A DNA stretch of 54,617 nt, filler included, from Sluysia triapertura (Eukaryota), in assembly GCA_046118255.1 (NCBI GenBank). It is 4 parts of 4 records of this genome, joined end to end, with 100 filler letters (N's around TTAATTAATTAA, not from the genome) between each part and the next. Parts side by side here need not be neighbours in the genome. Positions count along the whole stretch, not along the records: positions 13,847 to 27,184 come from JBJNIA010045792.1; 3 more parts are not named here. One strand, written 5' to 3'. Shown here piece by piece: positions 13,847-25,312 of this stretch (the stretch's first letter is position 1; every line of letters starts with the position of its first letter). Both the position numbers and the translations under genes were made by a program. The notes under the pieces were generated by a model that did no database searches, was not told the DNA's origin, and was given only the letters and a program-made list of their open reading frames with translations.

Positions 13847-14553
13847 TCTGACTTGAGGAAATAATAAATATCTTCTAGCTTCTTCCATTGTTTTCTGATC
13901 ATATAATCCACTTTTCATTAAATTTTCATTTGTTTTGATTTTAATATTATGATCCAAATTCGTTAATTCAAAACTTTTAGGAGGTGGAATCGAGTCAAAG
14001 ATGGTGTAATTACCCAAGTAGTTTCTGATAATTTATATGCTGGCGAAAAAAGTGACGAACATTGAATTTTCTTAACTTGCGTAACATCAAAAAGAAGTAA
14101 TCTAGTAACTGGTTCCATATAAACTGATTTTCCTTTACAAATTACTAATAATTCATGGGAACATATATTAGTTCTATTATTATATTCTTCAACCTCTTTA
14201 CATTTAAATATTTGTAAAATTTCACCCATGATTCTACTGAAAACACCTTTTTCCAAGGGATTTAATGGGCCTGCTATATTTGGATTTTATAAGACCAATG
14301 CCATTTTTGTTCTCAAAATTTCTCTATTTAATTTACAATCATTCATTATCATCTCACGATATAAATCCTGGATTTGTCGTTGTTGGTGATGATATAAAAA
14401 ATCTGTTTTATTATTAAAATAAGTAGAAAAATTAACATCTGTTTTATGTAAAATAGAGTAAAAATGACTAATTTTATACTTTGATATAAAAATTTTATCA
14501 TAGTTTGTTTTATATACTTTATCTCTTCTAGCTAGTCTTTCAACTTTGACCAA
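13847..14553 (-). pseudogene. Endogenous chuvirus-like (class III, gB-like) glycoprotein fragment
   Basis: Joined translation YFNNKTDFLYHH..QIQDLYREMIMNDCKLNREIL..*NPN..GEILQIFKC..TNICSHELLV..EPVTRLL..CSSLFSPAYKL..W / SGLYDQKTMEEARRYLLFP is colinear with the recalled chuvirus G pattern YxNSK..QxxxLY..CxLE..GEVxHxxKC..CYxELPV..PxTxIL..SGIY..IMFP. One stop (14287-14289) and one frameshift (~14015). Confidence 0.8.
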
Positions 14554-15257
14554 ACCAACAGTGACAATTAATATTTATTTGTGATAATGCTAGTAATATT
14601 GATAACTTACTTGCGATTAAATCTTATTTTGATTCCCGATCTAAATACAAGAGTTTATTTACACTATTTAAATGACTTAAAATTCTTATTATTACTACTG
14701 TAACTATTATTATTTTCGTAATGATAATGATGTATTAAGAAATTATCATTTTACATGATGACGTTCAACAATATAAATATGATATTTTCGTAGGATTGTT
14801 AAGCAACTTTTTTTATTACGAGAAAGTTTTTCACAAAAATTACGTACATATATTTTAAAATGAATATGTTAACCTTTGATTTTATGAAAAGTAGTGTTTG
14901 TATAATACATATTCATTAAAGGTATAAAAATTGTAGATGTATAATTTACACTCATAATGTAAATTCTTAAAATAAATTAAAATTTTTGAAATGAATTTAA
15001 AATCTAGCACTGAATAAAGAATTTTAATTACTCTAAAAGTACTAATATGAATTTCTAAATTATTATATACATCCTATGAAATTAATGTTATGAAAATAAA
15101 GAGTGTAATTATGTTTTAAAAAAGTATTAATTAGTTTGTATCATATTTACAAAAATTTGTTTAAATACACATTATTTTCAGCAATCATAAACGTGATTTT
15201 AAAATTATATTTTTGTTTGTTATATAAAACTAGTAATTAATTTAATATTTTAGAATT

Positions 15258-15566
15258 ATGTCTGGAAACCAAAATGATGTTGAACAACCACCGATTGAAG
15301 TGTTAACAACAATAGTACGTAGTATACCTGTTGGTTTGGGAGGGTATATTATTGGAAAGAAAGGTGGCTTCAAATCAAAACTATTAGAGGAATATGGAGC
15401 ATTCTTAGTTTTATATAATGATGTAAATGATTGTGGGAGACAAATTATTACTTTAAGCTGCCCAGCAGATCAAAAAAAAATTGTGGAAGACATTATAGAT
15501 TATAAAATTGGTCAGTTGCGGAAAATAACAATTAAAACTGTTACAAGCCGACCATCTTTACTAAGA
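15258..15566 (+). CDS. KH-Tudor protein (TDRKH/papi/AKAP1-like), KH exon
   Basis: IPVGLGGYIIGKKGG is a KH GxxG loop. Phase-0 GTAAGG donor at 15567. Confidence 0.8.
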
Positions 15567-16038
15567 GTAAGGTTATAGTTGTTAATTTATTAGGTCATGG
15601 TAAATACCATTGAAAGTTTGAGTTGTTTTGTACGATTTGATTTTTATCATAAATGAAGGAAATGACTAATTCTTCATTTAATTTGTGATTTTAAGTCTTT
15701 ATTTCGATTGTTTTTGGGCTTTGTACCAAAAGTTTTTAAGCTTATGAATATGATAGTTTTATTTAAATTTATCACATTTTTCCACTTTAATCTATGTATG
15801 ATGATCAAACACGTCAAATTAACGATGAATCTGAAATTTAAATCTTAATTGAATTCTTCAGATTATATAGGTGCAATTAATCGTTTTTGAATGGAATTAC
15901 TTTGAATTATATACATAATATTTTAAGTTGAAAAGTTAACAATTAAGTAGAATTGCATCGAAATCGAAATTCAATTATTGATGCAATATTTTTGCAAAAT
16001 AATTTTTCTTGTTAGATTTTGAGGTTATGTTTATTTAG

Positions 16039-16430
16039 CCGCTTGTGCAGCTTGGTAAATTGGTGCCAGGATACGTTATGAACTGTGGGGAAATCGACGA
16101 TTTAATTATTTTGTTAGATCCTCCACGAAGCTCTCGGCAGAAATACACAGACGACTTCTTGAAAATGCATATTGAATTGCAGAAGGACTATGGCAGTGGG
16201 CGTTCCTCAAGTTCGAACATTAACTCACCTCCGCATTTACCACGACCGATATCATCAGGCTGCATATGCGTGGCTCATGGAACTCGCAACCAGTTTTACA
16301 GAAGCCTAGTTCTGCAAGTTATGAACGACAATTTTGAAAATTCCGGTGTTGGAGGTGGTTATGCCGTGGTATATTTCGTGGATGTCGGCAAGTTTGAATG
16401 TTTACCATTCGAAAGATTGTTTAAAATACG
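16039..16430 (+). CDS. KH-Tudor protein, extended Tudor exon
   Basis: TTTAG acceptor in phase 0. G-x-ICVA..FYRSLV..VYFVDVGKFE is the Tudor signature. GTTAG donor at 16431. Later exons were not identified. Confidence 0.8.
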
Positions 16431-17762
16431 GTTAGATTTTTCAAAATCAACTTAAAACATGTGAAATTAAAATTTAATTTATGACTAATTTCAAATTCGG
16501 ATATTTGTCCATTCTGCTCTCTTTTAAACTATAAGAATTACAAAAAACGCTTTATTTTTAAATCCATAGTAACTGTGGATACGCTTCGATTGATTTATTT
16601 TTCAAATACGATTTTTAACAAACGCTTCGCTTACAAAATATCAATTTATAGCAAGTCTTGTTTGATTCAAATTAATTCCTATTTCGAATTTATCGATGAT
16701 AAAGTAGCCTCAAGTTGTAATACATGATTTTTTAAAATTTTTTCATCCTGAGAATTGCTAATATTTTTCAAAAACCTACTAGTTTGTCTTTCTATATTAA
16801 AAATAAATTGTTTCAGGGCACCAGATTCATTGTGTATTAATGTGCAGCACATTGGAATTTTTCGATTAGGATTTCTTAACAATGAATATTGAAAATAATG
16901 ATTTAGACCGCTAAAGATTTCAATGTAAGAAACACAATGAGTGATTTAGTACTCAGTAGATATTAGTGCTCTGTAAGTTAATGTATTATAAACTTATTAA
17001 ATTAAATTGTTTTACATATTGAAAAGTGTTTTATGTTCCAGTTAATTTATTTTTAAGAATCTATAAACGGGTCTTATTTAAATTATCATTACGAAATAGA
17101 AATTTAATGAGTTTCCTTGTAAGCTATGAAAGACCTGTAGGATTTTGAACTGATAATTCCTTAATAAACTTTATCGATTGTTGGTGGGATTTTCTCGCCA
17201 CGTTAATCCAAAATATAGAATTACTTAAATCAGAAACAAGAAACAATGCTGAAGTACATTGAGCTCAATAATTTACTTCTACTAAATTGATAATATAGTT
17301 ATCATGGAATCAGTGTTCTGGATTTATAACTTTTCGGCGTGGGGTAGCACAAATTTACTGCTATGATAGTTTTTTTATATTGAAGTTATTCTTTTGGTAT
17401 CATATATAATATGCTACTGGAAATGTGTTTGATGTTCTGTTCAGGCCTGCTTAAAAAAGCTTAACAAATATTATGTAAACAATAAAAAAGGCATGTTTTT
17501 CTGCATAAGAATAGCAAAAATAAAAGATTTGACTGGTTAATACCCTAGTCCATAGAAATTGCATTATTGGGTACAGTTTTCCTCTTCCTAACCTCCAGAT
17601 TTTTAGGAATTTTAAAAATTATAATAGAAAACTTCTCCAGTTGCCAGTTCTGTTAACCGCCACATTTTAAAAAAAATATTTTAATGCTTTATTTTTACTT
17701 TTGACATGATAAAGTTGTTTTAATATTAATTGTTTATGAAAAATTTTTCATTGGACCTTAGT

Positions 17763-17830
17763 TATGGTAAAACGAAAGTGTGTAAAGTTAACTGTTGAAA
17801 AAATTGAAATTTTGAAGTACATTGAATCTC
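17763..17830 (+). mobile_element. Tigger/pogo transposase N-terminal (HTH psq) remnant
   Basis: Reads MVKRKCVKLTVEKIEILKYIES, resembling the KRKxxxLTxExKxEIx start of Tigger transposases. Confidence 0.45.
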
Positions 17831-18544
17831 AATATGTATATTCAGATAACAGAGTAGCAGAGGTTGATAATTTTAATGGATTTGTTTCTAAAGCACGGAT
17901 ACTTGATTCTCTTTGTGAATATGAATAATTTTAGGTTTTACTGAATATGATGTAATTGTAGAAGAATTTGATTTTGAAAGTAAAAATCTTAAAGAAAATA
18001 CTGGAGTTCAAGAAGTTTTTACAAGTAATGATAAGTTAGATGATGATGAAAAAGAATCATCAGATAATGACATTCATAACGTTGTGTAGGGAAATCACTC
18101 TTCATCACATAAAAACATCGCACATATACACAGATCATTAAACAAACTACTAACTTCATTCAAAAAACAAACATAACCATTGCACGTAATTGTCTTGAAC
18201 TACAGCTTTTATTATAATTCAAATCGTATTAAACTATATATAATAATAATAGTCATTATTGTTATATAATATGATTATCAAATAATAAATTTCATAATAA
18301 CTTTCATATTAATATCACCAACATCATTCTAAATTATATAATAACCGCGTTATTGTTATCAGTATTATTTTTTTAATCCTTATTATCAATCTTTCTTTTT
18401 CCATTTATATATTTATATACGTGTACGATCTGAAAGGAAGATCCGTTAACACATCCATTAGTAACAAATCTGTTGAAGATTTGTTTATTGTTTATTCGAA
18501 TTTAACGATTTACATTTTATTCGCTATATCGATTTGCGAATACA

Positions 18545-18972
18545 TGTATGAAGCCCATCCACCACACTACTACAAATTTAAAATAGCCAATAATTGGTCA
18601 GATGATAATCCAACGTGTGATCAAGTTATGAAGCATAATCCGAATGAAAAATGGAATTTAACTACCGAAGTTTTTAAATATTTTGTCATTATTTTATCAT
18701 TTATCGGAATATTGAAGGAGTGGGCTCAGATGATCACCAAACGTAAACATTATTTAAATATCGAAAATTGGATGGAATGGTTTTTATATATTCTATCCTT
18801 TGTCACTGTATTTGATATGACGTCTTTTACCATCGTAGTTTAGGAATTAGAGAAGCCTGGAAATGGCAAACTGGCTCAGTTGCATCATTTATTTGTATTG
18901 CTAATTTAGTCTTATTTATTCGCAAAGTACCATTTTTCGGGATATTTGTTGTTATGCTTCCTGATATTATGA
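18545..18972 (+). pseudogene. TRPA-family channel transmembrane fragment
   Basis: KEWAQM..KHYLNIENWMEWFLY, then after a frameshift (~18835) WKWQTGSVASF..NLVLFIRKVPFFGIFVVM: the S2 to S4-S5 linker pattern of TRPA1/pyrexia. No ankyrin repeats or pore are present. Confidence 0.8.
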
Positions 18973-19324
18973 ATGATAATGGAAAACAAATCATTTACTA
19001 TTCAACATTTAAATTTAATCCACAAGATTTATCTACAATGATCGTATAACATGTACTGTTCAGAATCGTGCAACTCATTTAATTATTAGTAAAAATAGTA
19101 TTGTACATACTTGTCACAGTCAATATTATTTTCTACAAGTCAAATATGTACAAACTGATGTATCAGTACTTTGTCTGCTCTCCTTTGTTATCCAATAATT
19201 TCTTGTTCCTTAAAAGCATCCTACAATAGAATATTATAAATAAAAATAAAACAAGAATAATAAAAATTATTATTATTATTAATTAAAAATTTATGATACA
19301 AAAAATCAATTTTTTAAAAATGTT

Positions 19325-20526
19325 CTAGTCTATATAATGTTTAAATCTAATATGTTCTGTTCTATTTTGGATAAATTTTATGACTATTGAGGGCAGATTA
19401 TGTTTTAAAATTTTCATTATGTTCTGATTTAAATTTACCGGTGGAATATTTTTTATCAACTTAGAATGTTCATAATCTTTACAAAGTTTTAGGTTATTAC
19501 TATTACAGAACTTGTGCTTAAGGCACTTCAAATTATTCTCATTAAATTGTTGACGACAATAAAAATAACAGAACGTGATTTTATTCGTATAAAATTTGTA
19601 TACATCCACAGTAGTTTTTATTTTATAACCTAGTGTCTTGCACAAAAAATCTTACATAAACAATTCCTCGAATCGATAAGATCGTAACTGTCTTCGTTGA
19701 CCGTCACATTTAATTAGTGATACCGTTCCGCTAATACCACCTGCTACGATAAACACACTAGCGTAACTAACAATAAAACATATACTAACATGATTAACGT
19801 CAAAGCAATCATTTATGTAATTGATTTTAAAAGATCTAGTAATGTAATTGGCTAAATAATACGTGACAGTAATAATAAACGAATAAGGATAATCAGCCAA
19901 ACCGTCACAAGACATGGTGGTATCCCTTAAAAATTATTCAGTTTACTTAATGATATAAAATAGCGTAAATATTGATCAGGTGTTGGTAGAGACAATACAG
20001 TCGAGTGCTTTCACTACATCTTTTTAACATCACATAATTCTTTACGAGTTTATTTAACAGCAATAAACAAACACATGACAATGATCTTGCTACAGGCTTC
20101 CTTGTACTGTGCACTCACTTCATACAAGCCTTGATCTACCGTTTCAACAGCGGTTTGATAACATTCGTGATCGGCTCCATTCTTTTTTTGAAATGGCAAT
20201 TCAAATGGATAAAGTTTTCTTAAATGAGAGCCGGGAGAGATACAAAATTCAAATTCAGTATGATCCAAAGCGTCAATCAAATCTGGTGATTGCTTCAAAT
20301 GGGTTTCGTTTATTCTTCGAATGACATCGTTGTTTCTTCGTCAGCTTCTCTTTGTAATTGTCTGGCATATCGAACATCAAGTTCCTCTAACATATCATCT
20401 ACTTCTTTCATTAAACTGTATTTTCATTATTTACTTCAATTTCGAGCATTTTCCGTCTTGAATCAGGATTTTTGTTTGTTTGCATTTCAAAATATTAAAA
20501 ATTTTAATTTCATGCAAAACAATTTG
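19325..20526 (-). pseudogene. Broken coding-like sequence of unknown family
   Basis: A chain of 82-106 aa ORFs with interspersed stops and frameshifts. Confidence 0.3.
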
Positions 20527-21755
20527 NNNNNNNNNNNNNNNNNNNNNNNNNNNNNNNNNNNNNNNNNNNNNNNNNNNNNNNNNNNNNNNNNNNNNNNNNN
20601 NNNNNNNNNNNNNNNNNNNNNNNNNNNNNNNNNNNNNNNNNNNNNNNNNNNNNNNNNNTTATACATTTAAGCAAACTTTATTAAATGCTTAATAGACTGT
20701 TTTAAAATTAAATATTAAAACACAATCTTTAACAAAACAGACATTTTAGTAATTAATTAATTACTTTTCACAGTTAATATTTTAATATTATAAAATGTAA
20801 TATTAAATCATTTGCTGAAATTAAATTTTAAACATTTAAAAGAAGTTGCGAAGACTGAATATAAGTGAAACAATTAACTTTACATTTTAATATTTACGAA
20901 AAAGAACCCTGTTTTCTAAGATAATTAACATCATTTTAATTAAAATATTTACATTTCAGAATTTATTTCAAAATTTAGTTATTTGCTTTTGATTATAAGT
21001 AACTAAATAAATAAATAATTTAATAAATTGAAAATAACCAAAAGCAAATCCAAAAATAAAATTCCAAATAAATAAAATGATGCGTTACGTCAATAAATAC
21101 TTTTGTATGTAAGGTAAACGTTTTAAACTATACAAACATGTGCAAAAATATAAACGTATTTTCACAATTTAATGATATTTTAAGTAAAATATTGTGATTT
21201 TCTGAAAAATATTTTTATACATATAAGTTATACTTGTTATTCCGGTAGATTAGGTACTTCCCATTTTTCCAAATGAATCTTAAGACTGATACCTAGGCAA
21301 TTAGTAATACTAATGCTTATATTAATTGAAATCGAAATAAAATGATTTCATAAAATTCAAAGTCACTGAACCTTCGTAGAACTTCATAAGAAATTTCTTA
21401 TATACTTTATATACATGAAAGAATCAAATAATTTACTGACTTTAAAATTATCAGAAACATTAATTTTTTTGTTCCGTTAAATTCGTCGATTTCAAATCTG
21501 GATTAAACACGTTCAGAGTTTTAAAATTACAGTAATAAATATGATAAAAGGAGTAGTATTGTAGTGATGTCGAGGTGGCAACAAATGTTACATATAAGAA
21601 AATGTTAATAAAAAAGATTTTATTACGCGTTTATGATTTGCCGGAAATAAAAGTGTGATACTGCAGATATTGTAAATGTGTTCTATTTTGATATGATTTT
21701 TGTTTGTGATGGATGGTGATAATGGATGAGATGTATGTGATATAGTGGGATGTAA

Positions 21756-22031
21756 CACCACAGATGGGTTAGACCAATCATAGATACCGGCGCTACTATT
21801 GCTGTGGTTCACAAAAATTTTCTAACTACTTGGGAATCGATATTCCTAAACAGACCAAGTTTAATAACATATAATGTTAATCAAACACCAATAAATATAA
21901 ATGGAACGCTATTATGCTATATAGAAGTATTAGGACAATATGTACAAACTTTAGTAAATGTTTGGGATAATAGTCCATATGAATTGATATTAGGGATGGG
22001 TGTTATAAATAGATTAAGTATGGATTTATAA
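21756..22031 (+). CDS. Retropepsin-type aspartyl protease
   Basis: Extending ORF 21804 upstream gives RWVRPIIDTGATIAVV (DTG at 21783-21791), with the C-terminal YELILGM motif. Confidence 0.8.
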   Translation, partial: HHRWVRPIIDTGATIAVVHKNFLTTWESIFLNRPSLITYNVNQTPININGTLLCYIEVLGQYVQTLVNVWDNSPYELILGMGVINRLSMDL

Positions 22032-22069
22032 GTAAGTATGGATTTATAAAAATACCACCAGGTTCAAAC

Positions 22070-22933
22070 ATGATTATACCCCACACATTAGTTCCACAAG
22101 TTGGTGATGAATTAACTCTATATCAAATGCCTATGTCAAATCCACCATTACAAGTTTCGGACTTACCATTACCTGACATTATTGAATCTACATTCCATCT
22201 ATCAGATGTGTCATGGGGATCACCATCAACAATTACATCAGAGGAGAATTCGGATTCAGGAATCAGCTCTGACATACATGATACAGTAATGATAATAAGT
22301 AATATAAGAAAAAGAAACCACCTTAATAGAAATTGTTTTAGGAAAATAACTTGTTGGTTTACTATCTTGATTGCGATTTTTCTATCACTAATAACTAATG
22401 CCATAGCAACAGAAACGGACGAAGAATATAAAAATATGAATATAGCTACAAATCATGGTAGAGAACAGAAAATAATGATTACCGATATTTACAACCAATT
22501 TTGGAAATTTGAATTCATTTCTAAGAAAATGATTCTTCGACACAAATTCGAAATTTATTGTGTCTATTTGAAGCCATTGCAAGTTGGAAAACCACATCAT
22601 TTAAACGGTATCCCACATTGTTTACATTACGGTTATAGACCAATGTTAATAATTTTCTCTTTTGATACTCCAAGAAATACACGAGACACACAGAAATTTA
22701 TTAAACAAATAGATCAATTGCGAAATAAAGAAACAACGAAAACACAGACAACTTCACCTGTATATAGTACAATTAAGAAATCAATAGGTAATTCAAACAA
22801 TTTATATACAAAATGTACAATAGAAAATCCCTATAAATGTACAATACTACATATATTTTGGACCGTACTCTATTTGTTTCAAATAAGTAAGAAAATACGG
22901 GTTCCACAAATAATAAAAATCTTATACCTTTAA
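22070..22933 (+). CDS. Membrane polyprotein, part 1 (unknown)
   Basis: 287 aa: acidic linker, basic patch, then signal-like hydrophobic ITCWFTILIAIFLSLITNAIA. Confidence 0.6.
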   Translation: MIIPHTLVPQVGDELTLYQMPMSNPPLQVSDLPLPDIIESTFHLSDVSWGSPSTITSEENSDSGISSDIHDTVMIISNIRKRNHLNRNCFRKITCWFTILIAIFLSLITNAIATETDEEYKNMNIATNHGREQKIMITDIYNQFWKFEFISKKMILRHKFEIYCVYLKPLQVGKPHHLNGIPHCLHYGYRPMLIIFSFDTPRNTRDTQKFIKQIDQLRNKETTKTQTTSPVYSTIKKSIGNSNNLYTKCTIENPYKCTILHIFWTVLYLFQISKKIRVPQIIKILYL

Positions 22934-23025
22934 TTTTAATTACGATAGCTCAATGTCACGAACAATCTTTTAAGACGGAATATTTCGAATTCTATAATGG
23001 AGACAATGAAGTAAAAGTAAAAATA

Positions 23026-24498
23026 TTGAATGAAAACATTCATGCCAATTTTGCATGTTTAAAACCTGCCAGACTTAATTTTAGTTCATGGATTATACAC
23101 GAAAATTATATCGATAATGAATTAAGATATCCAGTCACGGTTTGCTCAGATATTTTACAGATCGAGGATAGACATATTATAGTAAGATTTCGCCATTTAC
23201 ATTTTGCATTTAAAGGAACAAGAAAGAATCTAACAATATTGGAGATACTACGGAATAATCCAGCGTTAGTAATATTAATTGCAGCGGAAATACTGTTCAT
23301 AATAGCTTTGGCTATAGTGGTATTGACTATCATTATGTTTATCTCGAATAGATGTCGATACCCATGCCTACCACATTACAATAATAATGATGGCAACGAC
23401 GCATACACAGTTCCACATAGAAACAATTACGCTCCTCCTCCAGGTATGCCAATACTTCAAACTCCCATTTACGAATATGCTACAAATAATCAAATACCGC
23501 TCGTATATGGAGATTGGCAAATGACTCAAGTCAAATCTATAATCTTAATATGTATTTACCTGTCTTCTATGTCTAGTGCAAATGATCTATCAGAAAACAC
23601 CACGCCTAAGGTAATTTTAGTCTCTACTCAAAAAGACGTATATGCTAGAATAATTGACAAAATTAAGTTATTTTCAGCTAAAATAAAGTGTTGTATAATG
23701 GATTGGTGTGAAATTGAAACAAGAGCAAGTAAACAGGACTTCTATTGGTTTATATCTTGTATTGATCTTGCCGAATTCCAACTAATTAGTGTAACAATAA
23801 CAATGGAACTAGAATATGATTCTCAAAGTGACTCCAGAACTATCCTAATACGGTATTATAAGATAAGAACTAAACCTTTTATTTTTCGACAATCTTCAAC
23901 AAAAATTGAATTTCCAATGATCATCTATCGCGATCTCCGAAATGTTGTACGCATTCACAATCCACTACACAATAATACATTATTGATCTCTTACGAACTG
24001 AGTAATGGATTGCGTTATGGAATAATATTGCCTAACGAAACTATTCGTTTATATCATATTCCGAATAATACACTCATGTTTGTTAAGTTCTGGATAATAA
24101 GAAAAGATGAAATACTTAATTCTAAAGGATTTTGGCCATCGATTAGGTATCACGACGTGCAGGTGCCAATTATAGATAAGAACGGAAATGATTCAGATTC
24201 AAAACCAAAGAAAATACTTCAAATTAATAACAATAGTACGAATGTATCGAATAACGAATATAGGAACATTAATATGACTACTACCAGTACAGATAAGATC
24301 ACAATTCTAAATACTACTAAGTTAAATGAGAAATCGAATAACGAAAACACTAAATGTTCAATTATAAAAGAATCCAACAATAATTTCTTGACAACTGTAA
24401 ATTACATTTTAATAATAACTTCTTTATTAACCTTAATAATTAATTTTATTATTCCAAAGTTTTACGTGTTTATTAGGCATATGGCACATTTTATATAA
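23026..24498 (+). CDS. Membrane polyprotein, part 2 (env-like or accessory, unknown)
   Basis: 490 aa: TM helix, Pro/Tyr-rich tail, second signal-like segment, ectodomain with many NxS/T sites, N/T-rich stalk and a C-terminal TM. Confidence 0.7.
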   Translation: MNENIHANFACLKPARLNFSSWIIHENYIDNELRYPVTVCSDILQIEDRHIIVRFRHLHFAFKGTRKNLTILEILRNNPALVILIAAEILFIIALAIVVLTIIMFISNRCRYPCLPHYNNNDGNDAYTVPHRNNYAPPPGMPILQTPIYEYATNNQIPLVYGDWQMTQVKSIILICIYLSSMSSANDLSENTTPKVILVSTQKDVYARIIDKIKLFSAKIKCCIMDWCEIETRASKQDFYWFISCIDLAEFQLISVTITMELEYDSQSDSRTILIRYYKIRTKPFIFRQSSTKIEFPMIIYRDLRNVVRIHNPLHNNTLLISYELSNGLRYGIILPNETIRLYHIPNNTLMFVKFWIIRKDEILNSKGFWPSIRYHDVQVPIIDKNGNDSDSKPKKILQINNNSTNVSNNEYRNINMTTTSTDKITILNTTKLNEKSNNENTKCSIIKESNNNFLTTVNYILIITSLLTLIINFIIPKFYVFIRHMAHFI

Positions 24499-24741
24499 AT
24501 TTTTAACACATATTGCATAATTGACCATATGTAATGGCACTCCCATTCATGTTGGGTCATGTGTAATATTAAAATTATAAAATCAAATTTGTAAATATAA
24601 TAAGGATTGTGCATATGACTGTATGTGGTGGTTTACCACCCATCTCGAGTCATGCACTTAAAATATTACTTAAAATTAATATAAGTTTAGGATTTTTAAT
24701 ATTATTTATTTATTATCTTATTATATATTTTTATTTTTTAG

Positions 24742-25200
24742 CTAGTACAAACAATAATTTCCTTTTCAACGTGTGCCATCTGTCTGCGCTCCCTTCGTAA
24801 GTATTTTGCAAAAACCTCTCCTTGCTTCCACCGTTTCCACTTCTTTTGTCTCTACCATCTTTTTGAATCTTCTCCTACACCTTTACCAAATTGTCCTTTA
24901 TGCAGAATTACCATCCATAAATGTGACATTTTTTATAAGCGTATTTTTCGACGATCGTATGAATTCACGATCAAGTATATAACAGACGAGTCAGAAGAAC
25001 CTGGCATTGACTTATATCAACCAGAATCGCCTTTAAGAAAAAATAACACAAGACCGCCTCCAAATTTTCCCAAAACTTTAACTAAGTCACAAAGACGCAA
25101 CAGGAGAAGGCGTCAGTTAAAGCATTTTTATAAGCAGATAGAACAAAAAACATCTAAACCTTCTAAAATCCCTAACCCATTCTTAAAAAAGAGATATTAG
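24742..25200 (+). CDS. RING-H2 finger + Arg-rich motif exon (152 aa, no start codon; absent from ORF track)
   Basis: After a T-rich TAG acceptor at 24741 the frame reads CAIC-x13-CFHRFHFFC-x14-CPLCR ... TKSQRRNRRRRQLK ... KKRY*. Confidence 0.85.
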   Translation, partial: LVQTIISFSTCAICLRSLRKYFAKTSPCFHRFHFFCLYHLFESSPTPLPNCPLCRITIHKCDIFYKRIFRRSYEFTIKYITDESEEPGIDLYQPESPLRKNNTRPPPNFPKTLTKSQRRNRRRRQLKHFYKQIEQKTSKPSKIPNPFLKKRY

Positions 25201-25312
25201 GTTTTTCAAAAAATTGTTTTCATTATTATAATAAAATTAAAATAATTACAATAAGCTTACTTAATTATAATTTTTTTGTGTACAATTTTATGTTTTATTC
25301 TCCTCTATATAG

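Noticed and set aside
424-14289. TAA-to-Gln reassignment suggested by in-frame TAAs (424, 1770, 14287)
   Set aside because: The same regions also carry frameshifts, TAG/TGA lesions occur too, and the intact exons (complexin, KH-Tudor) have no internal TAA. Ordinary decay explains it.
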